From Mobula hypostoma (Eukaryota), in assembly GCF_963921235.1 (NCBI RefSeq), contig NC_086097.1, positions 49,478,001 through 49,542,000 of the forward strand: 64,000 nucleotides of DNA. The letters are read 5' to 3'. Under the pieces are notes generated by a model, which was not told the DNA's origin, did no database searches, and was given only the letters and a program-made list of their open reading frames with translations. The translations under genes and the position numbers were made by a program. Of this stretch, positions 26,564-39,300 are shown in pieces; position 1 is the stretch's first letter, and each line of letters begins with the position of its first letter.

Positions 26564-27954
26564 GGTAGGTCTGCATGAGGGATAGACTGAGTAAAACCCA
26601 TCCCCATCTCTACATGCTCTAGGTCCCAAATGATGATATTCTCAGAGGAAGTCAGTGATAAAAATTTATGTTCAGATTGGTGTTAACTTCTTTAAATGAT
26701 CTTGCTGACTGCTCTCTTATCGCTACTTGCTAGTAAAATACAATGAGTTCAATTTTTATTTGCATATTTTATGAAGTAAAAACACATGATTTGCTGACAG
26801 AACAGAGTCATCTTAGGCCGTGTTTCAAGCCTGGAATAGTCACTGAAAGCAAAGTGAAAATACTGTGCACAATGCAGGGTACAGCTCTACCCTGGTAATC
26901 AATGTTATTAACTTTATCCGGAAGACCTGCAGACATTTGTTGATGTTCTGCAGGCAGGAGGACTAAGTTAAATGATGAATCTTTGGCTGCTTGCCTCAAC
27001 ACCAGTGGCCTGATGCCAAATCCCAGTGCTGGGGTGAGGGAAAGGGCTGATGTTTGGGAGGTTGGAGTAGTAAAGTGGTTATCAATCAGAGTACAACAGA
27101 GTTGAAATACTAAGCTCCAAGCTTCACGAGAAGAATTTTTAAAGTTACATAGTTCTTGGTACACATGTTAAAAGTCTTAGACTGGAGTATAGCCCTTCCT
27201 GTACCAGCCAAAATTCTGTGCATAATTTATTAAAGGTCTTGCTTGTGCATGCACTTTCTGCAAGTATGCCATTTGCTTCCTGACCAGTTTATTTTTGTCA
27301 CACTTCTGACATGTTCTTTCCATCATAAATTTCTAGTGTATTTTTATTTCAGAGTAAAACATGTTTATTCAATTTATTTGCAAAACTTGGCCCTATCTGC
27401 CTGGTACCCAAGGTTATCTTATATTTCACTGATATGTTCTAACTCAAATTCCAAGCTAGATGGTTCTATCTAAAATTTTACTCATTTAAACACATGAAAT
27501 TAGTCCAATTATTTTTATTTTTTATCAGATGTTGCCATCATTGCTAGACATAATTTATTACTTTTTTAAAAGTAATGATGACTTACTAAAGATTTAAGAT
27601 AGTTTATTGTTTATTTAGTGCCTCCAGTACAAGAGTGTAAAGGAGAATGAAACAAAAGTTACTCTGGATCCAATGCAGCATAAAAATATACAATAGGCAT
27701 AAAGAATACAAAAACACAAACAAATCTAAATATAAAGCAATCCCATAAAGCACAATGTGCAAGTAACTGCTTTGAGTGTACTATCTTGAAACACTGCTGT
27801 CCAACAATGCATCGAGTTCAGACATTTGACCCAATGACAATTGAGGTTTAATAAAATAACACACTGGAAAAATTGGTCAAACTGCAGATTAAATTTCATA
27901 CCTCATTTCTGTTCTAAATGAAATATCTTTATTGTCATTGCATAGTACAATTCG

Positions 27955-28267
27955 TAGTCCAGAACGAGGGGTCACAGTTTGAGGATAAGGGGGAAGCCTT
28001 TTAGGAGTGAGATTAGGAAAAACTTCTTCACACAGAGAGTGGTGAATCTGTGGAATTCTCTGTCACAGGAAACAGTTGAGGCCAGTTCATTGGCTATATT
28101 TAAGAGGGAGTTAGATATGGCCCTTGTGGCTATGGGGATCGGGGGTATGGAGGGAAGGCTGGTGCAGCGTTCTGAGTTGGATGATCAGCCATGATCATAA
28201 TAAATGGCGGTGCAGGCTCGGAGGGCCGAATGGCCTACTCCTGCACCTATTTTCTATGTTTCTATGT
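27955..28267 (+). mobile_element. CR1 LINE 3' fragment
   Basis: RIRGKPFRSEIRKNFFTQRVVNLWNSL; TTTCTATGTTTCTATG tail. Confidence 0.85.
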
Positions 28268-28269
28268 CA

Positions 28270-29550
28270 TGCACTAACATAGCGAAAATGAGTTTGCAAC
28301 TCTCGTACTCAATGCTATAAAACAAATTTTAAAAAATAAACAATAAATAAAATCAAGCAATGTCCAGCAGTACAAAAGCGCAACTCAGATGCATGACAGC
28401 CATAAAATCAGTATTAAAAGTAACAATATAACAATTTATGGATGATGCTTGATCGATTGGTTCAGAGCAATTATAGCTCTGGGGAAAAAGCTATTTTTCA
28501 GTCTAGAAGTGCGGGCATAGAAAATCTTACAACATCTGCCAGACAGAAGTAGTTCAAACAGATGATTGCATGGGTGTGTATTGTCCTTACAGATGCTTGT
28601 AGCTTTCCTTAGGCAGCGTGAACTGTAGGTGTCCTCCAGGGCTGGGAGCTGTGTCCCGATGACCTGTGCACTGGAGACGATCCGCTGAAGTGCTTTCCTA
28701 TCAGCTGCTGGACAACTGAGATACCACACAGCGATGCAGTATGTTAAGATGCACTCTATGGTGCAGCAGTTAAAGGTCACCAGCATCTGTTCAGGTAGAC
28801 CTGCTTTCTTCAGCGTCCTGAGGGAAAACAAGCGTTGCTGTGCTTTCTTAACTATTGTTGTGGTGTTAGTGGACCATGTAAGGTCTTCTGAGATGTGTAT
28901 TCCCAGAAACCTGAAACTGGACACTCTCTCCACTATGTCTCCGTTAATGTAGACTGGAGCATATTCATCATCCCGTGACTTTCCAAAGTTAATAATTAGC
29001 TCCTTAGTCTTTGCTGTATTAAGAGACAGGTTGTTCTCTGAGCACCAGCTCACTAAGTTCTGTACCTCCGCTCTGTACGCTGATTCGTCTCTGTTGGAGA
29101 TCAACCCAATCACTGTTGTGTAGTCTGTGAATTTGACGATGGTGTTGGTGTTAAATACAGGTACACAGTCGTAAGAGAAGAGGGAGTAGAGTATAGGACT
29201 CAATACACAACCTTGTGGTGTACCAGTATTCAGGATAGTAGTGGAGGACAGGTGAGGGCCCAGTCTCACTGCCTGTGAACACTCTGACAAGAAATTCAGG
29301 ACCCAGTTGCATGAGTGATGAGCTGAGGCCCAGCTGGTGGTGTTTGGAGATGAGGTTGCTGGGGATGACAGTATTAAAAGCAGAGCTATAATCAACAAAC
29401 AACATCCTCACGTATGTGCCCTTTCCCTCCAGGTGTGTCAGGACAGTGTGAAGAGCTAATGAGATGGCATCCTCTGCGGACCTGTTTGCTTTGTAGGCAA
29501 ACTAGTGTGAGTCCAGTGTAGCAGGGATAGTGACTTTAATGTGAGAGAGG
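28270..29550 (-). mobile_element. Rex1/Babar-type LINE RT (5'-truncated)
   Basis: [74 protein letters not shown]. Confidence 0.9.
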
Positions 29551-29554
29551 AACA

Positions 29555-30215
29555 ATCTCTCCATCTCTCAAATGGATGTTGCTCTGTTTTGAGGCTGCAC
29601 TTTCTGGTCCTAGACTCACACATTATAGTAAACATCCTCCCCACACCCACCATGTCTAAGCCTTTCAATATCGATATGTTTCAGTAAGATCCCCGCCTCA
29701 TTCTTTTATCCTCCAGCGAGAGCAGGTCCAGAGCCATCAAATGCTTCTCATAAGTTAACCCTTTCATTCACAGAATCATTCTCGTGACACTCACAACACG
29801 CTGGAGGAACTCAGCAGGTCGGGCAGCATCAGTGGAAACAATCAGTCAAAGTTTTGGGCCGGAACCTTTCGTCAGGACAAACCTTCGTGTTGTGAGCGTT
29901 GTTTTGACCCCAACATCCACAGAGTATTTCGTGTTCATCATTCTCGTGAACCTCCTCTGGATCCTTTCCATTGCCAGCACATTTTTTCTTAGATAGGGGG
30001 CCCAAAATTGCTCACAATACTTCAACTGTGGTGTGACCAATGCCTTATAAAGTCTCAGCATTACAGCCTTGCTTTTATATTCTAGTTCTCTCAAAATGAA
30101 CGCTAACATTACAGTTGCCTTCCTTACCACCAACTCAACCTGCAAGTTAATCTTTATAGAATTCTGCACAAGGACACCCAAGTCCCTTTGCACCTCTGAG
30201 TTTTAAATTTTCTCC
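29555..30215 (-). mobile_element. CR1 LINE fragment interrupted by a Penelope-like insert
   Basis: QRDLGVLV...LYKALVTPQLKYCEQFWAPYLRK...LAMERIQRRFTRM. Confidence 0.85.
29788..29936. mobile_element. Penelope-like mini-insertion (divergent subfamily)
   Basis: 13-bp TSD ATCATTCTCGTGA (29775-29787 / 29937-29949); inverted 5' part with a decayed hammerhead (minus strand CTGACGA...AAAA). Confidence 0.8.
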
Positions 30216-30224
30216 CTTTTTTGA

Positions 30225-30715
30225 AAGTAGGCCTTCATCCCATATGGCATTTACAGGATTCCTTGTGAATGCAGAGCAGTATATATCGGCCAGATGGGAC
30301 GTACAGTGGAAACCCGCATCAAGGAGCACAGGAGGTATATCCGTTTGGGTAACCTGGAGAAATCAATGGTAGCAGAACATTGCATTCACAAAACTGCTAT
30401 GCTGTGCCAAAGGCTTTTGGGACTAACTGGTAAAGAAAACCATTTAAATAAAACTAGAAGAAAAGAATTCTAATAAAGATGAAGGTCTCGCCCTAAGTAA
30501 GAACTGGAACTCAATAGTGAACAAGTTGGGAGAACAGAAATGTCATTGAATGAGGACTAACCAATCTTGAGGGATGGACTACGAGAGTATAAACACCACG
30601 GGACTAGACATGCCCAGGCATCATCCCCGATGAAGGTGGCAGAGTTTGTCATCACAACGTTGGATGTAATTGATATTTAAACCCGGCTGGAAGCCCGAAA
30701 AGAGTTTATTCAACA
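30225..30715 (+). mobile_element. Penelope-like element 3' end, second family (GIY-YIG endonuclease)
   Basis: From 30246: GIYRIPCECRAVYIGQMGRTVETRIKEHRR...SMVAEHCI; later NKDEG; downstream decayed hammerhead at 30622-30665. Confidence 0.85.
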
Positions 30716-31489
30716 TACTACTAACTCTGGACCCATTCTCACTGTATTAGTTATGTACTGATAGACAAAAAAAGAGAAAAAAAAACTTACTACAAACTTA
30801 CTTAGATTTTCTGTTTGTAATCCCCTAAACCTGTGCTTCTCCAAGCCTGTTGAGCCAAAGCCTGACCACTCTAACGCTCTACATCTGCAACAATGGCCCC
30901 TCCACTTACACCGTGCTTCTTTTTATTGGCCTTTGCTGAGTGGTTAGAAATTGTTGTGATTGCAGCCTGCTGAAGAACTATGAAAGGCCCCGAGCATTTT
31001 TTAAACTTTGTGCTGCTTCAGACATTTATAGACTCCCTTCACATCAAAATCTTTTATGAACATACAAAATAGGAGCAGAAGTCAGCAGTTCTGCCCTTTA
31101 TAGCCTGCACTGTCATTCAATAAGATCAACTCAACTCTGTATTCCCACCTATGGACAGTAACATTTTATGCTTATCAGTTGACCATCTCTGTCACAAAAA
31201 CACTCATACTTCTATTTCTGTTGCCCTTTAGGGAAGAGGGTTCCAAAGACTCATGACTCACAAAGGAAAAAAATTCCTCATTTAAAATAGACATACCCTA
31301 GGTTCAAAGTTCTCTCCGCATCCACTGTGTCATCTTATATGCTTCAGTCAAGTCCCTTCTTGATCTTCCGAAGTCCAGTTTTTTCAGTATGAGGCTTGGT
31401 AGAGAATTTAAGTTATTTAAAAAGGTATTTGATATATTGATAAATAGTACCATTGTACTTCAATAAAACCCACAAATAGTTCATACAGT

Positions 31490-32455
31490 CATAACGTTGT
31501 ACAGCACAGAGTAACGACCTTTAGCCCATTATAACTAAGCTACACATCATGCCTATTTATACTGATCCCTGTTAACTACATTAATTTCATATTCCTTTAT
31601 GCTCTGCTCATTCAGGTACTTGTCCATATGCCTCTTAAATGTTACTCTTCCTGAAAATGTATGCCACCTCCTCTGGAAGTTCATTTCAGATACCGACTAC
31701 TCTTTGTGTGTAAAATTTACCCCTCAGAGCACCTTTAAACCTCCTCCCTCTCACTAAACCTATGATCTCTAGTTTTCAATGTCCCTACCATGTCTCTGTC
31801 TTTGCTATTCATAACTCTACATACTCCTATCATGTCACCACTCAGACTCCTTTGCTCCATGGAAAACAGGTTCAGTCTATCTAATCTTCATGACCTCAAG
31901 TCCAGACCCTCCATCCTTGTGAATATTTTCTGAAGCATGGCAATTGGAACTGCACACAATACTCCTAGTGGTGTCATGTGGTATTACATGGCATCTCAGC
32001 TCATGCTCTCAGTGATGAAGGCAAGCATGCTATACACTTTCTTCACCACCCTGCCTACCTGCAAGGGAACTATATACATGTACTTCAAGGTGTCACTGTT
32101 CAACAACATACCCAGAGCCCTGTCACTCACTTCTTACATCCTACTCTGCTTTAACTTTCCAAAGTACGTCACTTCACATGTGCCTGTATTTACCTTGTAT
32201 TCTGCCATTCCCTTGCCTGCTTTCCAAATTGCCTTTGTAACCTTAGACAAGCTTCTTTATTTTCCACTATACCAGCAATTTTTTTTTGTCATCTGCAGAC
32301 TTGCTAATCATGCCACCTACATTCTCATCCAAATCATTTATATAACAAACAATAGAGGACCTAAAACCAACCACTGTAGCTCACTACTGATTACAAGTCT
32401 CCAATTTGAAAAACAGTTCTCCATACCCACCCTCTGCACTCTACCAACAAATCAA
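31490..32455 (-). mobile_element. Old CR1 LINE fragment
   Basis: Degenerate CR1 ORF2 3' region (TTTGTCATCTGCAGACTT corresponds to the KFADD region on minus). Confidence 0.65.
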
Positions 32456-32479
32456 TACCTCCCTTTGCAACTGTTTCCT

Positions 32480-33490
32480 GTTACCATTAGACTGCAATCA
32501 ATAGATAGGCAGCAACACCTCTGCCACGATGATTCTCAACACTGGTGCCCTGTAAGGCTGCGTCCTCATCCCTGTAGTTATCTCCCTGAACACTTACAAC
32601 TGTAGGGCCAGATCCTGTTCTAACTATCTAAGTTTGCAAATTACAGCATCGTAGTGGGCAGCATCTCAAATACTGATGAATTGGAGCACAGGAAAGAGAT
32701 AGAGAACTTCGTGACATGGCATTATGACAATAAGCTTTCTGTCAATGTCAGCAAAAGAGCTGGTCATTGAATTCAGAAAAGTAGTGATGCAAACACTCCT
32801 GTTTACATCAATAGTGCTGTGGTCGAGAGGGTTGAGAGCTTCAAGTTCCATTAATAGCCTGTTCTAGTCCAACCATATACTGTAGATGCTACACCCAAGA
32901 AAGCTCACCAATATCTCTCCTGCCTCAGGAGGCTAAAGAAATTTGGCATGGCCCCTTTGACCCTCAGCAATTCTTATTAATGCACCATAGAAAGCATACT
33001 AACTGGATACTTAATGGCAACTCCTCTGCCCATGACTGCAAGAAACTGCAGAGTTGTGCACACAGCTCAGCACATCACAAACTCTGTGTAAACTTTTTGC
33101 TGTTTTGGTAATGCTGCCAATATAATCAAAGACTCCACCCCCACCCTAGAACATTTTCTCTTCTCCCGCCATCACCCCCCCCATCAGTCAGAAGACACAG
33201 AAAACTGAAAGCACATAACTCCAGGCTCAAAAACAGCTTCTGTCCTGTTGTTATAAGACTCTTCAATGGTTCTCTAATATGATAAGACAGACGCTTGATT
33301 TCACAGTCTACCTTGCACCTTACTGTCCCCAGCACAGCACTTTCTTTGTAACTGTAACACTATATTTTGCATGCTCGTATTGTTTTACCTTGTACTACTT
33401 CAATCCACTACTGAAATAAAATTATCTGTATGGATAGCATGCAAAGCAGTTTTTCACTGTACGTGTGTATATGTGACAATAATAAACCAC
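32480..33490 (+). mobile_element. Old Rex1-type LINE 3' fragment
   Basis: Homologous to 28270-29250 in the opposite orientation (CTCAACACTGGTGCCC..GGCTGCGTCCTCA; AAGTTTGCA); ends GTGACAATAATAAACC. Confidence 0.75.
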
Positions 33491-34472
33491 TTTACTAATT
33501 CTCTTAGTTATCACTAAGTTATCACTTCGAAAGATCTCAACCAAATTCATGAGACATAGTTTCCCACACACAAAGGCATGCAGGCTATATCAATACTTGC
33601 TTATTTAAATGCAAATAAATTCCATCTCTCAGAATCCCCTCCAATAATTTTCTCATCAGTCTATAGTTCACTGACTTGTCCTTTCTGCTGTTCTTAAGTA
33701 AAGGCACAACATTAGCTGTCCTTGTGTCTTCCAATGCTTTACTTGTAATCTATTAAGGTGCAAAAGTCCTTGCCAGAGCCCCTGCAATCTCTCCCCTTGC
33801 CCCCCCCCGCCCCCGACATTCCAGGATACACGTGATCAGAACACAAAGATTTATCCACCTTTATACATTTCAAGCCCTTTAATACCCCCTCTTTGTTACA
33901 ATGATATGCTCCAGAATAACACTGTTTTTGAACTCACTCTCTTACATGTTCTTCTCCACAGTAAATATGAATGAGAAGTATTCATTTAAGACCTCGGTCA
34001 TTTCCAGTGGTTCCACACTAATTCTCGAGGGGGACCTACCCTTTCCCTCATTATAGATTTTCAGATGTCCGGAGGTACTAGATATGCCAGTTTATAATTT
34101 TTGTAATGATAAACTCATTTTCACCAGTACTAATACAATGCCAATCACTTTTAAATATATGAAAGACTATGTTCTGTTGAATGAGGAAACATAAACAATT
34201 ACTTTGAAAATACTGGAAATGAGTTTGAGCTGAAACTCTGAAACTTAAACCTACACTTTACTGTGGAATCCCAGTGTATGTCCAAATACAATCTGTTGCC
34301 GTATTGCCAATTGGACCCAAAGCAGAAATTATACCCTCTCAAGTCACTGGAGCCCTGTTACCTTTCAATGTCAGGACTCCAAATATCTACCCTGTAGTCA
34401 AAAACCATAGACTATGCCATGTGATTCTGTATCATTCATCTCTGTCTGTTTCTCAGCTCATCTGATTACAAC

Positions 34473-34645
34473 AGACAAAATGCTGGAGAAACCAAGCAAG
34501 TCAGACAGCATTTGTGCAGAGAAATAGGCAGTCTGTGATAAGGGTCAAGACCCTTCATCTTGGCTGTTCCTGCACCAGCGCTGCCTGATCTGATGAGTTC
34601 CTCCAGCATCTTGTTGATTGTTCCATATTCTGGCATCTGTAGTCT
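34473..34645. mobile_element. Old foldback Penelope-like remnant
   Basis: ACAAAATGCTGGAG...GACCCTTCATC followed by the inverted CTCCAGCATCTTGT...GCATCTGTAG. Confidence 0.55.
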
Positions 34646-35529
34646 TTTGTTTCATTCTTTTCTATTATATCTTTATCTTTGTAATTAACTATTCCAATGA
34701 TCCCCTTAATTTTCTGACCTTTACCCTCTATACACACACGTATACACACACATAAAGAATTACATATACACTTACTGTAATTCTTTTTTTCTATATTTCT
34801 CATGTATTGATTCTACTCTTGCAGCTAAATTAACAAATTCCATGGCATATGCCAGTGATATGAAACCTGATTCAGATTCTGTAAACTTTATCCAAAACTC
34901 TGCAGACATCTTAATTCACACCATTCATTGTTTTTCATTGCCTTCCAGTCTGCAACATTTTTAATATTAAAATTATCCTAAGTTTCAGCTCTTTTTTTCT
35001 TAACTGCATGACATCATTTGTGACTTAAAGGACAATCCTTCATTTCGATTAGTATATGTCATTTTCAACTTTCCATCAATGATTGTTATACTCTCCATTG
35101 CTTAAGTGCCCAAATTCTCTCATTTAATACTTCAGCCTCCGTATCCTGCCCTCCCATTAAGATGTGCACTTAAACAAGCTCTCAGCTTCGTGTCCTAATA
35201 TTTGTTTATGTGGTGAGGTGCCAAATTTTGCCATAGAACATTCTAATGCTGTTCCTCAGCACATTTGAGGTACTTCACCCCAAAGTCTACAGACATATCC
35301 CGATTTGCTCTTTCATTGATCTTCACTGGTTCCACACCTGCGACACCACAGATTCATAAAATGGTGTCTGAATTAGATGCTGGAAATCTGAGGCAACACA
35401 GGGAAGAGCTGGAGAAACTCGGGCGACATTTGCGATTGGGACTCTTCTGTATCTTGTTCTACGGCGGTTGGCATCCAGCTTAATGGTGCATTACCGCCAC
35501 CTTGGGACTCTTCATCGGGACTTCATGTT

Positions 35530-36000
35530 TTTCACGGCACCTGCTCATATATATACCTGTGCATATAACTATAAACCTGCCGTGGCTCGGGTATGAAATC
35601 CTCAATTTTAACGACGGTTCGCGGCGAGCGGACGGCACGTGAATTTCAGACACCTGGGTTTCCTACAGTGATGTCAGGGCGCGGGCGTGAGAGGAGGGGC
35701 GAGGCCCCATGGCCACGTGCGTGGCGGTGGCGGTGACGGTGACGCGTGCCCGGCCCCGGCGCCCGGGGAGCAGCGGCGGGCAGTGCGCGCGTCGCACTGG
35801 CCCGGAGAGCAGCATGAGCGAGTCGAGCCGTCGGGGCAGCGACCACAGAAGTTACACGGGTTGCAAGCGGGCCCGAAATGGAGAAAACAAAGTGACGGTG
35901 GTCCTCGGTGCGCAGTGGGGTGACGAAGGGAAGGGGAAGGTCGTCGATCTGCTTGCGACCGATGCTGACATTGTGTGCCGGTGTCAGGTAAACTGTGCCG
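35530..36000 (+). promoter_or_regulatory. CpG island / putative ADSS1 promoter
   Basis: Sharp GC/CpG-rich segment in an AT-rich, CpG-depleted background. TATAAA at 35570-35575; E-boxes CACCTG 35538 and 35651, CACGTG 35636; GC boxes near 35677-35703. Confidence 0.75.
35814..35987 (+). CDS. ADSS1: Adenylosuccinate synthetase 1 (muscle isozyme), coding exon 1
   Basis: [58 protein letters not shown] contains the AdSS P-loop [11 protein letters not shown]. Ends CAG|GTAAAC. An upstream in-frame ATG exists at 35709. Confidence 0.95.
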
Positions 36001-36301
36001 GGGAGAGACAGCAAGTATCATCATATTCCTGTAACTCAGATAACAGATGTGGAGAGAACTGAAGAATATGCATGCTTTGCAAACATACTTTGCCAAAGAA
36101 TCTATTTACAAAATGTTTATTTAAGTACATCAGGACATAGAGCATGTGTATTTGATTTCATATAGGTAATATGCGTAGAGGAGCTGTGATTCTAGGTATC
36201 ATTTCCTACTGTAATCCTGGTTAGGAGACTCTCTGTCTTGAGAAAAGGCTAGACATTGTACACTAAAGAGTCCGAGCAATAAAATGCTACTTCAAACATA
36301 A

Positions 36302-36311
36302 CTAAAAATAG
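36302..36311. promoter_or_regulatory. MEF2 consensus site in ADSS1 intron 1
   Basis: CTAAAAATAG matches YTA(A/T)4TAR perfectly, about 315 bp downstream of exon 1 of a muscle-type gene. Confidence 0.45.
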
Positions 36312-39300
36312 CAGGCTTATTTTGTTTGGTTAAAAAGTGTCCTATGATACAAGCAAGGTCGATCGTCCTATATGACGCAGTTGAAACTGATAGTTATTGC
36401 AGGAGTTTTGAACATAACCGTGAACCGATATATGTTCTGCAATAACTATTAGACTGCAATAAATAATCAGGCTAAATTTAAGTGCATTGTTCTAATGTTG
36501 AGAGGATCACATTTTATTATACCTACAAACTTGATTAAAGAGTTCTGAGTGACTTTTTTCCATATGATAATACATTAAGGCAAGAGTTTTAACAGTTCAG
36601 TGAACAGAATGTGCTGTTCTGTAATAAATGAGCACTGCATTAAATAATCCGTGTGTCAAAATATTATTTAATGTACAATCAAATTTTGTTATGTAAATAT
36701 AAATCCAATAAATTGTAAATTAAATATTGCATATTAAATATTTTGCATTAGAATAAGTACCTGCAAGCTTTTTATTTGGACTGTGGAAAGGTATATTCAA
36801 GTTGATTAAAATGTACTTTTTCCAAGTTAATAGATGTAACGATGGAAGACAGTTATATATCACATACAACTTTGCTTGAAGTTATGCCAAAAACTTCACC
36901 TTTTCTGGGAGTGCACTTCGTGTATTAAAGACTGCATGGAGTACTTGCAAAATCAGCTTGAAATTTTCCTTTTGTCCTCTGAACATAATTGTTTCCTTAC
37001 CACAGGAAAGGAATTTAGTCACTAGGAATTGTGGAGTGGGTGATATTAGTTATACTTTGCCTTTAGCTAAAACTCATTCAAATGTGTCTTTTATGGAGAA
37101 ATCATTTTGTTTCATTGGAAAACTTTAAACATGCCTTAAGTATAATACAATGGAGCATTTTGTGTAATAACTGAGTTTCATTCAAAATTATGCTTGTACA
37201 GTATTTTGTGTGTGTAACTAAATAGTGCTAATGAAGACATCCAGTTATTAGGAGGATCAAATACTTGTACTCAGTTTAAAATAATGGAGTTTATTTATTT
37301 TCATTCATGCATGCAACATGGGGGCTGCATGAAAAAACTCGGTCATTATGTTGTATGTATCAGCCGATTTATAGATGATAAATGTGCTAGATTCTCATGT
37401 TTTCTCAATTGAAACTTGGATGTGTGGATTGGAAACCTATATTACTTGACTGGTTGTCATTACCTTCATTTTCTGACTCACTTTACTTTGAGGGCAGTCT
37501 GCTTCAGGAGCAAGAGAAGATACAAGTTCCCAATAGTTTTGTAAATTCAACATTGGAAATAAACAATGCTGGAAGTAGGAATTCCTAATCAGAATTAGCA
37601 TGCCAAGCAGCTGCTAATGCTGCCATTAGTAAAGCTTGAACTAAACATTTTTCTCTAACATTAGACTTCTTATGGATAAAGATAAAAGTTCAGTAAATAC
37701 ATTATAAATAGCTGTTTATTTTGGATAATCTACATCCTCTATACTATGCCAATTTTAATTCAGTACTTTTTCAACAAATGGGGAGTTTTCCTGCTCTCAG
37801 GGAGAAATTCTGTGATCAAATTAATCATCATTTTCAGTACAGAGATTCCTCTGCATTGAAAATGTTCAGTAGTTGAATAAAGCAATTTTCATATCTGTAG
37901 ATTTTTTGTTAAATGTTGGAGAAGTAACTTAATTTGCAAGAACATTTAATGTTCTGGCATTTTTTCAACAAATAAAACGTAAGATATTCCAATATTTTCA
38001 TTAAGTTTATTTATCTTTTCTGATTGTCCCAAATTTAGCTTCATATTTTAATTTGACTTTTGCTAAATATTTGTCAAACCAGTGTGCAAGCCAGGTTTGT
38101 AACATTTACAAAATGTTAAATTGTTGCGCAAATTTAGAAACTTTTAATCAATTATTATGTTCTGATGAAGAGTCCCAGATCTGTTTCTCTTCGACCTGTA
38201 CTACTAATCTTCTAATTTTTTCCCTCATCTTTCTTTTTCATACCGTGTGTTACACTTATGATATTCAATAAGCTCTCACATTTTTTTCTGACCAAAAGCT
38301 TTTTTAACATACATTCGTGGGGATACTTTCACTTTTTAAAAAAATTAGAAGCAAAGGCATAACAATTGGGACAAAAGTCTTGCTTTGCCCACAGCCTGAA
38401 GTTCTGGGCCACTTAATTTCAGAGATTTACTATTGCATAGCTGAAATCATAATAAATATTAGGCCCCTTCATTATATACTTCCTAACAATAAAAAAGTAC
38501 ATGTTTAAAACCTCTAGCATGTAATTTTATTAATATTTCTAATTATTGCAGCATGAACAATCTAACAATTATTTGATAAAAGTACTACATAATTTTATGC
38601 CTTTACCAGGCATAAAAACAAAGCTTGGACTCCAGTTGCAATATTGAGTGATCATGGGAGTAACTTAAAATTTGAGGATCTGCCCCAATAAGCTAGTATT
38701 CTATTCGGGCATTTGCCCAGTTGTCATATCTGTCAATAGGATTTAAAGTTGGTTCTGAGGGCACTGTTTACACTGCCAGCCAAGAACAGCTACTCCCCCA
38801 AGCCTAATCCATTAGGTCCCCTTCAAGCTTGTTTGCCATCCAGGGTTTGCTTGGGCTTCAGAATCTCCATGCCATCTGCACTAATAAACTGAGTGGTTGG
38901 CCTTCACCTTCTGCAGCTAGTCACACTTCAATATCAGTCTTGTGGCAGGAGGAGGCAGAGAAGATTCTCCCTCCCAGATTTGGTGGGGAAAAGATGGAGA
39001 ATCCTGTGTAGATTCTGCCTTGCAGTTTTGTAACATACACTACCTACAGCAGACTTCACTGAAGGAATGAAGGCAACACCATCTTCAAAATCCTCCAAAT
39101 TCACTTGAATGGTAAGCAAACCAATATCAGTTATCTTACCCAGTACAGCATCCACAGCCTTGAGACCTGAGTCATGCTCAGTCAATTGTTGGCAAGGTCA
39201 GATAACTTGCATATTTGACACCAGAGTCCTGAAACAGATACTTCACAGATTTCTCAGCCATCTGCCCTTTCAGCCATATCTTGCCCCATCAGAGGAAGAG

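Noticed and set aside
26800..27170. 118-aa minus-strand ORF as a possible exon of a neighbouring gene
   Set aside because: No motif match or partner exons recognised upstream of ADSS1
31937..32605. 222-aa hydrophobic ORF
   Set aside because: Antisense of an old CR1 running into a Rex1 fragment; no host-gene signature
35988..36062. ORF track extends ADSS1 exon 1 to 36062
   Set aside because: Homology stops at CRCQ, where a GT donor occurs; the rest is intron read-through
35646..36096. Antisense ORFs of 122 and 140 aa over exon 1
   Set aside because: Expected shadow ORFs of a GC-rich island; no recognisable protein
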